From Rhizophagus irregularis (taxonomy: Eukaryota): a DNA stretch of 64,000 bases. The translations under genes and the position numbers were made by a program. The stretch spans positions 2,666,001 through 2,730,000 of the forward strand of contig NC_089434.1 of the NCBI RefSeq assembly GCF_026210795.1, given 5' to 3'. The notes beneath the pieces were generated by a model that made no database searches, had not been told where the DNA came from, and saw nothing but the letters and a program-made list of their open reading frames with translations. Positions 1-12,130 of the stretch are shown here, piece by piece; within the stretch, counting starts at the first letter, position 1; each line of letters starts with the position of its first letter.

Positions 1-991
1 ATAAAATCATTTGTCTTTATAGGCTTATCAATCTCATCAACTCTTGTATTTATTGGCAAATTGTTCAAAAGAATTGGTGTTACAAATAAAGTTGACGAAA
101 TATGATATTCGGCTGTTTTACTGCCAATTATCGATGAGAAATATAATAAGGAAACTCATGGACTTATGATTCCATTTGGCGTAAATACTGAACGTATTTT
201 GTATCACAATAATAACAAATAAATAATAGATAAAATAAGTAAATGAAAGAATTATCAAATTCTGAACGTGGAGGAAAACAGTTGACAAGGAGTACCTTAA
301 ATTTTTGAAATTTTGGATTTAACAAACAAGTGATTTTAGCCATTGCTTCACAAACGAACACAAAGAACCATAATTGGTAAAACCACATTGTTATGAAAGA
401 AAATATATTTATATACTTCGAAAAATGAAAATGCAAGAAATGAATAGCCTTATTTTTTTTATGAAATATTTAATAGTTATGTTTCCATTTGGCTAATTTG
501 GAAGCGTTCTGATGCTTCTGGGGGTTAATATGCGGTTGCAGAAGTATCTACTGAACCAATCGGTGTTAAGCGAATTTACGATTGGAATTGAGTTTGAAAA
601 CAAAGTTTGGTTACACAATTTTATATATTAATCCTTACACAATCTAACTAAAATTCTTTATTATTTTATGTGATGTCGGCCAGTAGGTAATAAAATATTA
701 GAGTAGTAGGTCTAAATTCTAAAAGAGCCGAACTCTAACCCAGTTCCTTCGTTTGATTATCCGAGCATTTATTTTATTTAGGTTAGTTATCCCTTTTTAA
801 ATCATTAATTCCATGAATCGTAGAAGTGAATTAGTATTGCGTACGCTATCATGAATAATTAGGTCCAACTATTCTATGCAGAGAAAATATTTCTATTAGC
901 CAGAATTATTTTATTTTTCCATTTCTAATCATCATATCTGCAAAAATCTTATGAAAAATATAGTTGTTATTAACATAAAATAATATTACTA

Positions 992-1016
992 ACTAGGAAA
1001 CGGAACCCGTTGTAAG
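992..1016 (-). mobile_element. Isolated 3' end of the same HINE-like element
   Basis: Reverse complement cttacaacgggttccgtttcctagt matches 22762-22786 at 23/25. Confidence 0.5.
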
Positions 1017-1618
1017 CAGTGTTGGAAATCAGATTATTTTTATACGCGCAGAACGTACATTATTCATATAAAATAAATAATATTATTTCAAGGAGTCACT
1101 GATTTTCACGGCTGCGTCGTGAAAGTCATTGATATCCACAGTTCCCCGTGAAATAACTTACGTATAAAGCGCCATTATGAAAAAATATCGCGTACAATCA
1201 TGTACGCTGCATCCATCACTGATCGAGATAAACTAGATTTACGATTTTATTGGCTGATGATCATGTGAATGGATAAAATAAACACCCGTGACCGTAGATT
1301 TTTCATATCGAAGGTTCATCATAATACAGTAAAATTTCAAAAAAGGTAAAATTAGTAAAAATAGAAATTTTATCTTTGATTGGTTCATCAGTATAATGCA
1401 CAAATAAATAAATGTCAATAATTAGCAGGAAAAAAAAACTATTTTTACCTTATAAATATTTAAATTTCAGAACCAATTTTTTTTTATAGCTATTACGCCT
1501 AATAATTTTATCGGTTTTCTTCTACGACACAATAAAATATTGCTCTTTTTGTAATGCCAAATAAGGTCTTATTAAAAAAATTTGTTCTACCTGAATCCTC
1601 ACGTAATATTTATCAAAA

Positions 1619-2177
1619 ATGGGTATAATTTTCTTGACACTTTTAGGTATGTTAAACACATTGCCTTATCTGATCATTTTTTTTTTTTTTTGTAGAGTAC
1701 AAAATTGAGAATGTAAATAACCTAAAAAAAAGATGTGAAAAAGCCATGAAGATTGTTCCAAATTATGGCGAATTCACAAAAAATTATTTTTCTATTAAAA
1801 AAGAAAAGCTAAGTGATATCATTACACAATGGCAAAACAATTATCCAGATTTGTATTACGAATTAGAGCAATGGAAGGAAGGAACCGGATTTACACATGA
1901 AACGATAGCCTTACTTCGCAAAACCAAAAGCAAAAAAGTAGTAGAATGCGTATTTCTAAAGATTTACGAATCGGAAGGGACTGATATCCTAAACTGTGTT
2001 AATATTTATAGAAATTATCCAAAGCCAAGCAAAATTTTGAAAGCACGAAATATAATATTTAAACACAAGAGTGAAAAACTTTTCAATCAACTAATAAAAT
2101 CGCACTCTAAAATCATGGCAGCTCTTATTTTATCCGGAAATAACGGAAATGATGGATTAAAAATATTATGGAACTAA
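1619..2177 (+). CDS. Uncharacterised protein, cluster paralog A (~161 aa, MEYKIENVNNLKKRCEKAMKIVPNYGEF...GLKILWN)
   Basis: ORF 1746-2177 extends upstream in frame. ATGG micro-exon at 1619-1622, GT-AG intron 1623-1695 (73 nt), exon 2 from 1696. The same structure and intron length occur in paralog A'. An alternative in-phase donor exists at 1647. Confidence 0.85.
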
Positions 2178-2830
2178 CGGCATGTTTACAACATATAACC
2201 ATAAAAATATTAGGTTAAATAACGCCAATCAATTCATAAAAAGAATTAACTTGTGGGAATTACTACAACTCGCATTTTCATTTGTATCTAATGACCAAAA
2301 ATCAAACATCACCAACCGACAACTTGCATTTCATTTGTACTTTTTTAAAAATATTTGACGTCATCAACACAATTTTTAATTACAATCATTCATTTTTTTT
2401 CAGGGTTTATAAAAATTCATAGTTTTCTATTTTATATTATGCAGCCAATTCGGGTTTTCCTTTTTTTTTAATTGCACAATCATTATTTTTTTCACAAGCG
2501 ATCATTTAGTTACACATGCTTCATTTAAAAGTATTTATAAGTTTTCAAAGAAATAAAATTTACTTTTTAAATATACTAAATTCATCTTGGTTCACATGTT
2601 TATAAACAATATAAATAATACAAATAATATTTAGCCGTCTAAAAAAAAAGTTTTAAGGTAAAGAAATATTACATTATTAAAAACTCGGAATTTTGCAACA
2701 GTTGTGAAATAAATTTTTAAGTTACAACATATAGGTAATTAAATTATTTTTAATAATAATTATTATAAATTCAAAAAAAAAAAAATGACTTATTTAACTG
2801 TCTTATATGCAATTACTCCAAAAGATTAAT

Positions 2831-3364
2831 ATGGCTCTGCAGAGAACCGAAGAATACCAAAGAGCCGAAGAATACGAATATAGAATTAAAGATGAAAATA
2901 ACCGGAAAAATATATGTGAACAAGCTTTAAATAATATATCATATAATGGGGAGTTTAACCAAAATTTATTCTCTATCAAGAAAGATAAACTGAATGATAT
3001 TATCAACATGTGGAAAGAGAAATTCCAAGAATTGAGTGATGAATTAGAACTTTGGAAGTTTAGCGAAGGAGATAAATATACAAAAAAGGAAATATTACGT
3101 CCCCTTCACGGGGGCAAAGAATTAAAGTGCGTTTTTCTAAAAGTTTTTGATAAAGGTGAGGAAGAGAATACCTTGTTGAGATGTGTTAGTATCTCTGGAG
3201 ATATTTCAATTAAAGTAAAAGTTAATAGATTTTTCAAATTGATGAGATGGGTTAGTGAGGACGAAAAAAAATATATCAAACTAATAAAGTCATATCCAGA
3301 AGTTATTGCCGCACTTATCATGTCTAGAAGAGTTGGATTAAAATTAATATGGGAGAATGAGTAA
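2831..3364 (+). CDS. Uncharacterised protein, cluster paralog B (~177 aa, MALQRTEEY...GLKLIWENE)
   Basis: ORF 2807-3364. Start placed at ATG 2831 by alignment with B', where both follow a putative 5'UTR intron (GTAATT...AAAG). Shares CExA, NGEF, FSIKK, CVFLK, LxCVSI and AALIxS..GLKxxW with A and C. Confidence 0.85.
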   Translation: MALQRTEEYQRAEEYEYRIKDENNRKNICEQALNNISYNGEFNQNLFSIKKDKLNDIINMWKEKFQELSDELELWKFSEGDKYTKKEILRPLHGGKELKCVFLKVFDKGEEENTLLRCVSISGDISIKVKVNRFFKLMRWVSEDEKKYIKLIKSYPEVIAALIMSRRVGLKLIWENE

Positions 3365-4649
3365 TGTCCATCGTCTCACACTACCCTTGCGGGTTTCAAA
3401 AAAAACAAACAAACATACACACATAGTTTTCTTTTACACAATGAATATCAAAAGTAACCGTTAAAAAATTTTTAGTCTACTTTTACTTTAGTGAATAGAA
3501 TTTAAAGGCTTCATAAAGCAGTTTATACAGATTCATAAATTTATTATATTTTATTTCTACGATCACAATTTGATCTGTAACTAAGTAATAATAAGTGTAA
3601 AATATCGTTTATGTTATAACATTTATTTTTATGATGATTAAGAATCTCTGGATATATATAATGTATTTTAAGACAATTATTTCTTATATAAACTTTTATA
3701 TTCGATAAAAATTCGTGCTCACGTGATCAAATCTCTATTGGTTAAATATTATGTGTATTGTAGACAAAGAATACGCGATAGAACCGACGCAAACGCAAAA
3801 CTTTATTTGATAATTTTATTTTCATCTAAAAAAAGGCTTAAATTTGATTGTTCGATTAACTGATAGGGTTCACCCATATGGGATGGCGGGATGTCCATGG
3901 AATTATGGAGTAACCCATTAAAGTAGTGATACCATCTATCCGATAGATAAATCATAAATTTGCGGAAGGCTTATGCGAAGGGTTTGTCCATCATCTGCTA
4001 GAATGCGCAATATAAAAGGGCATGACACAACTTCTATTAGCGCATTCTGATATGATTGTGCAGCACAATGATAAAGTTCTCAAAAGGATTGGCGCATTTT
4101 ATACCAATTCGGACAATATCCACATTACACAATTTTTTCGTTAAAAAAAAAATAGTAGTACAACAATTTAACGAATAATATTGATTCTAGATCATGTGCT
4201 ATAATATCATGTGATATCTTCTTTTTTTTTTAAAAAAAAAAAGATGAATTTTTTTTTTAATCTAAGTTATAGAAATTGTTCATACAAGGGCTTTTGTATA
4301 AAATCTAAATTTTAATTTTATATTGTTAATTTCGGCAAATTTGTTCTTAAAATAGATATTTTTTTTTTTAATATTTAAGTTGAAGAAGGTAAGCAAGTTA
4401 GCAAGTTAGCTAAGATATTGTCAATTTCTTATTCAATTGCATTGTTTCTTTAAGCAATAAGGGTTTTAATATTTCTTTTTTTTGTTTGTTGTAACTATTC
4501 TTTTACCTTTAGGAGCAGGATTAGCAGGATTTTTATCATTTAATTGTTGAGAATTTCCATTGATTAGTATTGAACGGGACGTGCTTTCATTATTTCTTAA
4601 GGTATCTTCCTTTTTTTGTAAAGATACTATTGACTTATTTATCGATCTT

Positions 4650-5010
4650 ATATCTATCTTATTATTTCTAAATGGCGTCTTCCTTTGTATTTATTCGTTC
4701 AGTTTAATAATTCTTTGACAATAAAATTCCTTTATTCTTTTTAGTCCTAATAGAACCACAATATTGGCTAAATTAGGATAATTCTTAAAGAATTGATAAA
4801 AAATGAGCCACATATTTCCATTTCTTAATCGCTTTATAGGGTCAATATTTGCATTCTAGTATTTCCAACCAACGCTCATGACGATTTGTATGTCCAATGA
4901 CAACATTTTGTTAATAATGCATGAAGAGAAGAAATCGATTTTGGTCTCCTACATAAGGATGACAATACAACAGGAAGCCAAAGATCAAAATAAGGATATA
5001 ATTTTATTGA
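4650..5010 (-). pseudogene. Possible degenerate coding remnant of unknown family, between the inverted arms
   Basis: Protein-like minus-strand segments in shifting frames (YPYFDLWLPVVLSSLCRRPK, GHTNRHERWLEILEC, IDPIKRLRNGNMWLIFYQFF), broken by stops. Confidence 0.3.
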
Positions 5011-5649
5011 TTTCTTGAGGACTTGATTGTTTTAAAGGGTTGTTTTGTGATTTATTTTTCGAATTATTTTTTTTTGATTCTAACTGTAAAAAACATTTTT
5101 TTTAGAAACTCTTTAGAAATTTAGGAAATATATCGATAATACTAGTGGGGTTGGAGGTAGGTTTGTCTTCGGAAACGGATTTACAGATTGGTGCAAGGCA
5201 CGGTATTAAAAATCCTTAAACTCACTATCAGACCCAAAATTTTCATCGTATATCTCATCAATTCAAAGGTTCTTAGTTTAGTAAAGTAGGTTCATCAGTA
5301 CTCTATTCATTAATATTAAAACCAATTTTCAGTCAATATTTGCATTTCTGAAGTATTTGTATTTACTTCTGTAGTATTATTTAATATTGTTTTAAGTGAT
5401 TATAGTAGGTAATTACTAAATGGTTCGCCAACTTACCCGAACGGAAAAAAAATTTTTTTAACACCCTAAAAAAACGATCGAAATAAGATAATTTGTCTAA
5501 TTTCGACAGTTTTGTTTCACAAAAATTGATTATACTCATTTTTTAATAGTAAATTCATAGTAAATTTTATTAATACATTATTAATACACGATATTAAAAA
5601 AAATTTTAATTTACATGAAATTGGTAATTGAAAAAGTATATGTACAGTA

Positions 5650-5940
5650 AATCGAAATTATATTTGTTTGTGTTGATTTTAAGATAAGTGTCGAAATATT
5701 TTAACGAATAAAACGTACGAAGTTACGATATTTGTGTTTGTATGTTTGTCGATTAATTCAATACGAAATATTTACGGTACTTGCGTAAAAAAGACGGTTA
5801 TGTTTTTGCCAAAACGATATTTTAAATCTGTTATCCCCAGATAATACGATATTTGCGTTTGTATGTCCGACGATTAGTACGATACGAGATATTTTGTGTT
5901 GAAAACTAGTACTTGCACAGAAGATATGTTTTGTACTTTT
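5650..5940. repeat. Imperfect tandem repeat (~120 bp period, 2-3 units) downstream of paralog C
   Basis: acgatatttg(t/c)gtttgtatgt..cgatta...atacga(a/g)atattt at ~5725 and ~5846, with a weaker copy at ~5655. Confidence 0.55.
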
Positions 5941-5948
5941 GCAATGTA

Positions 5949-6520
5949 TTATTTCCAAATAACTTTCAATCCATCATCTTTGGATAAAATAAGTGCGGCT
6001 ATGGTGTCAGGTTGCGATTTTGCCAGTTGTTTGAAAATTCTTTGACTCTTATGTTTGAATACTTTGTTTAGTAATTTCGACATTATGCCAGGCTTTGCAT
6101 AAGTCCTAGTAATGCTAACACAATTTAGAAGACCAGGTTCTCCTGAATCATAAATTCTTAGAAAAACGCATTCAACTTTTTTCTTCTTGCAAAGAAGAGC
6201 TACAGTTTCATATGAAGGTTTAGATTCTCGCTTCCAGTCTTCTAATTCTTTTTGCAATTCTTGATAGCTATTTTGCCATTTTGTAATGATTGCGTTCAAC
6301 TCTTCTTTTTTAATTGAAAAACCATTAATTGTGAAATCTCCATAATTTGAAATAACTTTCAAGGCTTTTTCACATTTTTTTCTTAGGTCATTTACGTTCT
6401 CAATTTCGTACTTAAAGTCCTTAATTGTGTGCTCTAATAAAAAAAAAACAAAAAATTATTAACCAGATTTATTATCAAAATAATGTTCATATGGTATTAA
6501 TAAAATAAAGACTTGCCCAT
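5949..6520 (-). CDS. Uncharacterised protein, cluster paralog C (A-like, ~162 aa, MEHTIKDFKYEIENVNDLRKKCEKALKVISNYGDF...GLKVIWK)
   Basis: ORF 5949-6362 extends in frame to an acceptor at 6434. ATGG micro-exon at 6520-6517 is followed by a GCAAGT donor (GC-AG intron 6516-6434) at the same position and phase as in A and A'. Confidence 0.8.
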
Positions 6521-7344
6521 GGTTATTATGACTAAAAAAGTGAATGAAAATTCTTAAAAAGATATGGATGTATACACGAAATATTTCTCGTTTGTTAGTA
6601 TTAATGATACTGAATCAAAGTTGACAAAAAATATTTTGGAAAAAGACACGTTTATAAACCAAACATGGTAACACAACACGGCATGATATGTATATGATTA
6701 GTGATAATCAATCAACAAAAATATTTTACTTTAATTGATTAAATAAATAAATTATAGAATAGTTCGGAATGCGTTATCTATCTATTACTTTATTATACTT
6801 CTAAGAGCTGGTTCAGTAAATAATAATAATAAAAAAAAAACTTTATTATTCTAGAGACAAGGATATTGATATTATTCTTTAAAAATTTCTTTATGTATAT
6901 AATAAGATTTTATTTTGAGACAGTAATTTTGTTTTTTAATCAAAAATGGGTTTATTGTTGGTGTATAAAAACAAAGTTTTTAAAAAAAAGTCTTTATCAA
7001 AATAAATAACGAGATTTTAAGCCAATGAAAAATTAGAAGTTACACTATTGTATTAAAAGGGGTCCTTATATGTTAAAGAATAGGGGTACTGTTGTACAAC
7101 TGAGTTTCCCATGATTTACTGATTTTACAGAATCATTTTCTTTATTCTTTATCTATATAAAAATAATCACAAATTGTATGAATTTATTAACTTACTTTAT
7201 GAAGCCTTTAAATTCTATTTTTAGTGAAAACTAAATTTTTTTTATTGCTAAAAAAAAACTAGATATGTATGTGGAAAATCTCAATAAAATGGTACGAAGA
7301 AATAAAGGTAGCGTAAGGCATTACTCAGCTTCATTTCGCTCGTT

Positions 7345-7875
7345 TTATTCCCATAATACGTTCAAATTTTTGCCTCGTGACATGATAAGTGCGGCCATAA
7401 TTTCAGGATGTGACTTTATCATTCTGGTATGTTCTTTAATGTTTTCACCAATCCATCTCTTCAATCCGAACATTCTGTCCATAACTTTTACTTTAATTGA
7501 AACTTCTCCAGAGATACTAACACATCTCAAGGTATCCTCGGTATCCTCGGTATCCTCTCCCTCTCCTCTATCATAGATTTTTAGAAAAACGAATTTTATT
7601 TTTTTACCCCTGCGAAGGGGACTTAATATTTCTTTACTCGTAAACTTACTTCCTACATCGCTCTTCCTCCAACCTTTTAATTGTTCACGCAATTCAGGGA
7701 AACTATTTTGCCAACAGTTGATAGTATCTTCCAGCTTACTTCTTCTGATGAAGAAAGAATTTTGTCTAAACTCTCCATTATAGGAGATATTCTCTAAAGC
7801 TTTTTCACACATTTCTTTCCTATTTTCATCATTCTTAATTCTATATTCGTAGTCTTCGGACTTACACAGAGTCAT
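7345..7875 (-). CDS. Uncharacterised protein, cluster paralog B' (176 aa)
   Basis: Intact ORF colinear with B. Flanking non-coding DNA is also homologous to B's flanks (e.g. aatagaatttaaaggcttcataaag, inverted). A 9-bp tandem repeat encodes EDTEDTEDT. Confidence 0.85.
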   Translation of the reverse strand: MTLCKSEDYEYRIKNDENRKEMCEKALENISYNGEFRQNSFFIRRSKLEDTINCWQNSFPELREQLKGWRKSDVGSKFTSKEILSPLRRGKKIKFVFLKIYDRGEGEDTEDTEDTLRCVSISGEVSIKVKVMDRMFGLKRWIGENIKEHTRMIKSHPEIMAALIMSRGKNLNVLWE

Positions 7876-8430
7876 AAATTAACCTTTGCATATCAGATAA
7901 ATAAATATGTTATATATGTTTCTGAAATGTATAGTATAAAAGATAATTAATTACCTATATAATTGTACCCTTTAAAATTTATTTATAACTTGTTACAATT
8001 CCGTGTTTTTAGAGTTTTTAACAATGTAATTTACTTTACAAATATTTAGACGATTAAATATCATTTTCCCTTTGTTTCACTGCATATGAACATCGTCATT
8101 TTCATGTGTTCAATAAGATGAATTTTTAGTAATTGATTTATTTTTTTGAAAAAATTATAAATACATTTTGTTGATAAAGGAAATTGTTTGTGAATGTGTA
8201 ACAGATCGTTTGTGAAAAAAATTATAAACTAAACAGAAACCACGTTCATTATGCAATGATTATTATGTATACAAAAAAAAAAATTATGCTGTAAATGTAA
8301 AGGAAATAGCCAAGGGTAATTTAACTGAAAAAGGAAATTATAGTGACGTAGTGTATTGAAGGAAGAAAAAATTGCAAATTGCATGGGTCACCACAAGATT
8401 CGCTAAACCCAAGATGATGCAAATATACTA

Positions 8431-8983
8431 TTAATTCCATGATATTTTTAATCCATTTCCATCATTTCCGGATAAAATAAGAGCTGCCACAGTTTTAGAG
8501 TGCGATTTCATTAATTGATTGAAAATTTTTTCACTCTTGTGTTTAAATATTATGTTTCGTACTTTCAAAATTTTGCTTGGCTTTGGATAATTTCTATAAA
8601 TATCAACACAATTCAAGATATCAGTCCCTTCTGATTCGTAAATTTTTAGAAATACGCACTCTACTTTTTTACTTTTAGTTTTGCGAATTATGGTTAACGT
8701 TTCGTGTGTAAATCCAGATTCTTCCTTCCATTTTTCCAATTCATAATACAAATCTGGATAACTGTTTTGCCATTGTGTAATAGTATCGCTAAACTTTTCC
8801 TTTTCGATAGAAAAATAATTTTTTGTGAAATCTCCATAATTTGGAATAATTTTCATGGCTTCTTCACATCTTTTTTTTAAGTTATCTTTATTTTCAATTT
8901 CGTATTCTACAAATAAAATAAATAACTGATCAGATAAAGTAGTATGATTAATATCCATAAAGTGTTGAGTTACGCATACCCAT
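8431..8983 (-). CDS. Uncharacterised protein, cluster paralog A' (~159 aa, MEYEIENKDNLKKRCEEAMKIIPNYGDF...GLKISWN)
   Basis: ATGG at 8983-8980, GT-AG intron 8979-8907 (73 nt), exon 2 8906-8431. About 23 differences from A over 143 aligned residues by hand count. Confidence 0.85.
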
Positions 8984-10193
8984 TTTTGATAGACTAAAAA
9001 ATTATTAAGTGAGGGTTTAAGATAGAAAAATTTTGAGTTAGACGATATTTAAAGTAAATTAATTTTCTCCTCTATATATACTTGGAAGAAACCGGATTTA
9101 TTATCAAATAAGGAAGTGAATAATTTATGGATGCGAGTAATGTGATACTGCGAACACTACATGTGAAAGCGAGAGATGGCCGGTTTTTTATACGCGCAGA
9201 GCATATAAAAATTTTGTGCGCAAACCTATGAAGTTCTTATATATATATAAAATTGTAGTGAGCGCATATCTACCTTAACAATAGTAAACGCCACAATCAC
9301 AATCACATGCTCGGGAATGTACGCTGCGCCGACTGCGCGAATACATATAAGCAACGCGCATCACCTGAGGTGGTGTTAGTAAGATTTTACCGCAAAAGAA
9401 TCGGAACCTTCACTTGACCTGATCAAAAAGTTAAATATGGACAAAGTATAATGATGATGGAACTGTTAATGCACCTTTTTTTGGTCTGGTTGCGGAATGG
9501 TATATTTCTAAATATCTTTTATTTAAAAAAAATATCAGATTAAAATAGGAAGAAAACTTCAGATTTAATTAAAGAAATGTTAGTCACGTTAAGGGAGATT
9601 ATATTGAATGTAAAACTATTAATTAAAGTTTACTAATAGAATTGAATAGTTGCAAAGAAAATTGTACAGGTCATAATAATATTAAAACTTACTAAGTTAT
9701 AAATGAAAATGTTTATTATAAGCCCACACGTTTTACCACCAAATGTATTAAATTCTCATTTCTAAGTGTTTTTACAAATAAATTTATAATTATTGGGAAA
9801 TTTTCACGTCCTTTGTTTCAAACTATTGATGATTATTCATTATAATACAGATTCGAATTAAAAATAACGTATTTATCGAAAATCAAAATTTTTTGGTCAT
9901 CTTGTAAATTCAATTCGTTATTATTATTAATTTGTGTAGAATAAATATAATAAATATGAATAAAACAATTAAATCAAGTTCTCCCTTTGAATCAAAAGCA
10001 ACTGCGATGACCAATAAGAATTAATGCTACTATCACTGATTTCAATATCATCGATTATTAAAATCTCGACTGAACAATAATAACTCTATATAAAGCATGA
10101 TCTGCATTAACCGTACGATAATACAGTTTGTACATTAGACTAAGGTACGAAATATTATTATTGCATAAATTTCTATTTAGTAACTCATTGAGT

Positions 10194-10372
10194 TTATTTA
10201 TATGAACTATGAAGTATGATCTTTGAACGTCTGCATAATAACACAATTATTGAAGCAAATGTATCGCTCTTGACCTGTGGCTTGATCCAACATGATATAT
10301 TTTACAATAAGGGTCAAGGTGTTATTATGCAGACGTCCAAGATCATGTTCCATATAAAAAAATAAATAAATA
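10194..10372. repeat. Imperfect inverted repeat / foldback
   Basis: tgatctttgaacgtctgcataataacac (~10217-10244) pairs with gtgttattatgcagacgtccaagatca (~10319-10345). An inner cttgacc/ggtcaag pair is also present. Confidence 0.7.
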
Positions 10373-11559
10373 AACTATATAAGCTTATTTAAAGATTAAT
10401 ATATGTGATATTGACGTAATGTGCCAAAAATATCAAGATATTTATGCAATCTAAAAATATCAGTATGTTAAAAACGACATGATCCTATTTTGTTGCATAA
10501 ATAATAACATATATATTAAGTAAAATAGAAAGATATACTTCCATTGGATAATGAATAATTAAAATGATTATCATGCTACATTTTATAGAAACTAGTATGG
10601 GTTACAAATAACTATTCTACTGAAAACACCTTGACTAATAATAAATAACACTGTTGATTATTTACATTGTTCTACATTTATTTCAGTTTCCTTATTAAAT
10701 GAATTTTTTGTGTTTAAGTACGTTTCAACTATTACAGTACTATACAAAAAGAAAGATTTCTTTGTATATTTAAATAATCTTTATTACATTCTCAATAAAC
10801 CATTGGAAATATTGATTGTTTATTAAATAAAATCTTTGTAATAGTTTTTATTGTAAAAGTGCCTTATTATTTTGTAATAAAGGAATTGATGAGACCGTTC
10901 ATGGAATTCAACAATAAATCCATATATTATCTATTAGAACTTAACTAGTACTTCATTGGCTGGTAAATTTTCCTGTCGGCGAACAATACTATATCACATG
11001 CATAATATATATTATTGAGAAATTTTCCTCAATTTTGTATTTTAACATCCTAATCAAGTCATAAAAATGGAATTAAATATTTTTTAAAGAAACTATTTAT
11101 TTTCAAATAAAGCGAAATTGTATCAACATTAAGCTTAATTATCACATAAAATTTTTCGGCTGGCTTGCGCGTGCTGCTCGAAGATCTGCTTGTTAAAACA
11201 TGATATATAAAAAGTAAAGAAACTTAGGCCACATAAATTAGTTTTTTGGTTCACGTCAAATTTCAATTTATATATAAAAAAAAAATTTATCACGTGACTA
11301 CTTAATGTAATTTTATTGGCGAATTAAATTATTATTCGCGTGTCTAAATAAAAAAATAAATAAAAGTACTTTGCTATAACCAATTAGTTTTGACATTTTT
11401 GTTTACTTTGTTTTACAAATTTCTTTTCTTCTCTTTTTACTTTCATCTAGCATATCAAATGATGCATTGTGCTCACCGACTAATGTTTTTGGTGGCCTTC
11501 AAAATCTGCTTCCCACCAATCAGAGGATAAATATAAATATAAAATTGATATATTTTCAC

Positions 11560-12130
11560 TCACAAGAGTCTTGTTTTTTTTCAACAAGTAAACCTTCCCA
11601 ATCTTTCGATTTTTGACTTTCTTATTGGTTTTCAACAAGGTATCTTCCGATTTCTATAATATCTTCATAAGAGGATGCGAACATTTGTGGACCACCTCTC
11701 CTCTCGTTATTGTTCCACTGGTTGCGTGTAAAATTTGTATTATAAAAAATACTTTCAAACCCCTAAGATTTCCACAGATTGCGGACCCATCCAATTAGCC
11801 AATATTTTAAAGTTTATTGAGTCCAAATTGTACCATTGTGTACGTATCACGAAGGTTTTTTGCGGATTCCTCCATAAGACCCATCTCATAAGCAATTCCT
11901 TATCTTTACCCGACTCCTTCACCTCCTTCAATGCCAATATAGATGATTCGAGAAAGTCAAACATAATTTCCTTGTTGATCTTGAATCTAATGAGTAATGA
12001 GACTTGATTAGAAGTCACGTTCAACGAAATAGGTGGTGATACTCAGTAAGAAGAGAATCAATAGTGTTACTTGTTGATTTGTTTGTTGATTCATCAGGTA
12101 ATGTAATTTTGAAATAGTTGAAGTAGTTTA
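11560..12130 (-). pseudogene. Degenerate copy 1 of an unknown gene family
   Basis: Short broken ORFs (11755-12024, 12021-12224). DNA homology to 18850-19380 (taagacccatctc..taagcaattccttatctt) and to 20970-21045. Confidence 0.6.

Noticed and set aside
1..600. ORF 164-436 and other protein-like frames at the window edge
   Set aside because: Stops occur in all plausible frames and no motif is recognisable; I cannot tell a gene end from a relic.
8907..8958. ORF-track N-terminus MDINHTTLSDQLFILFV of paralog A'
   Set aside because: Lies in the 73-nt intron conserved with paralog A.
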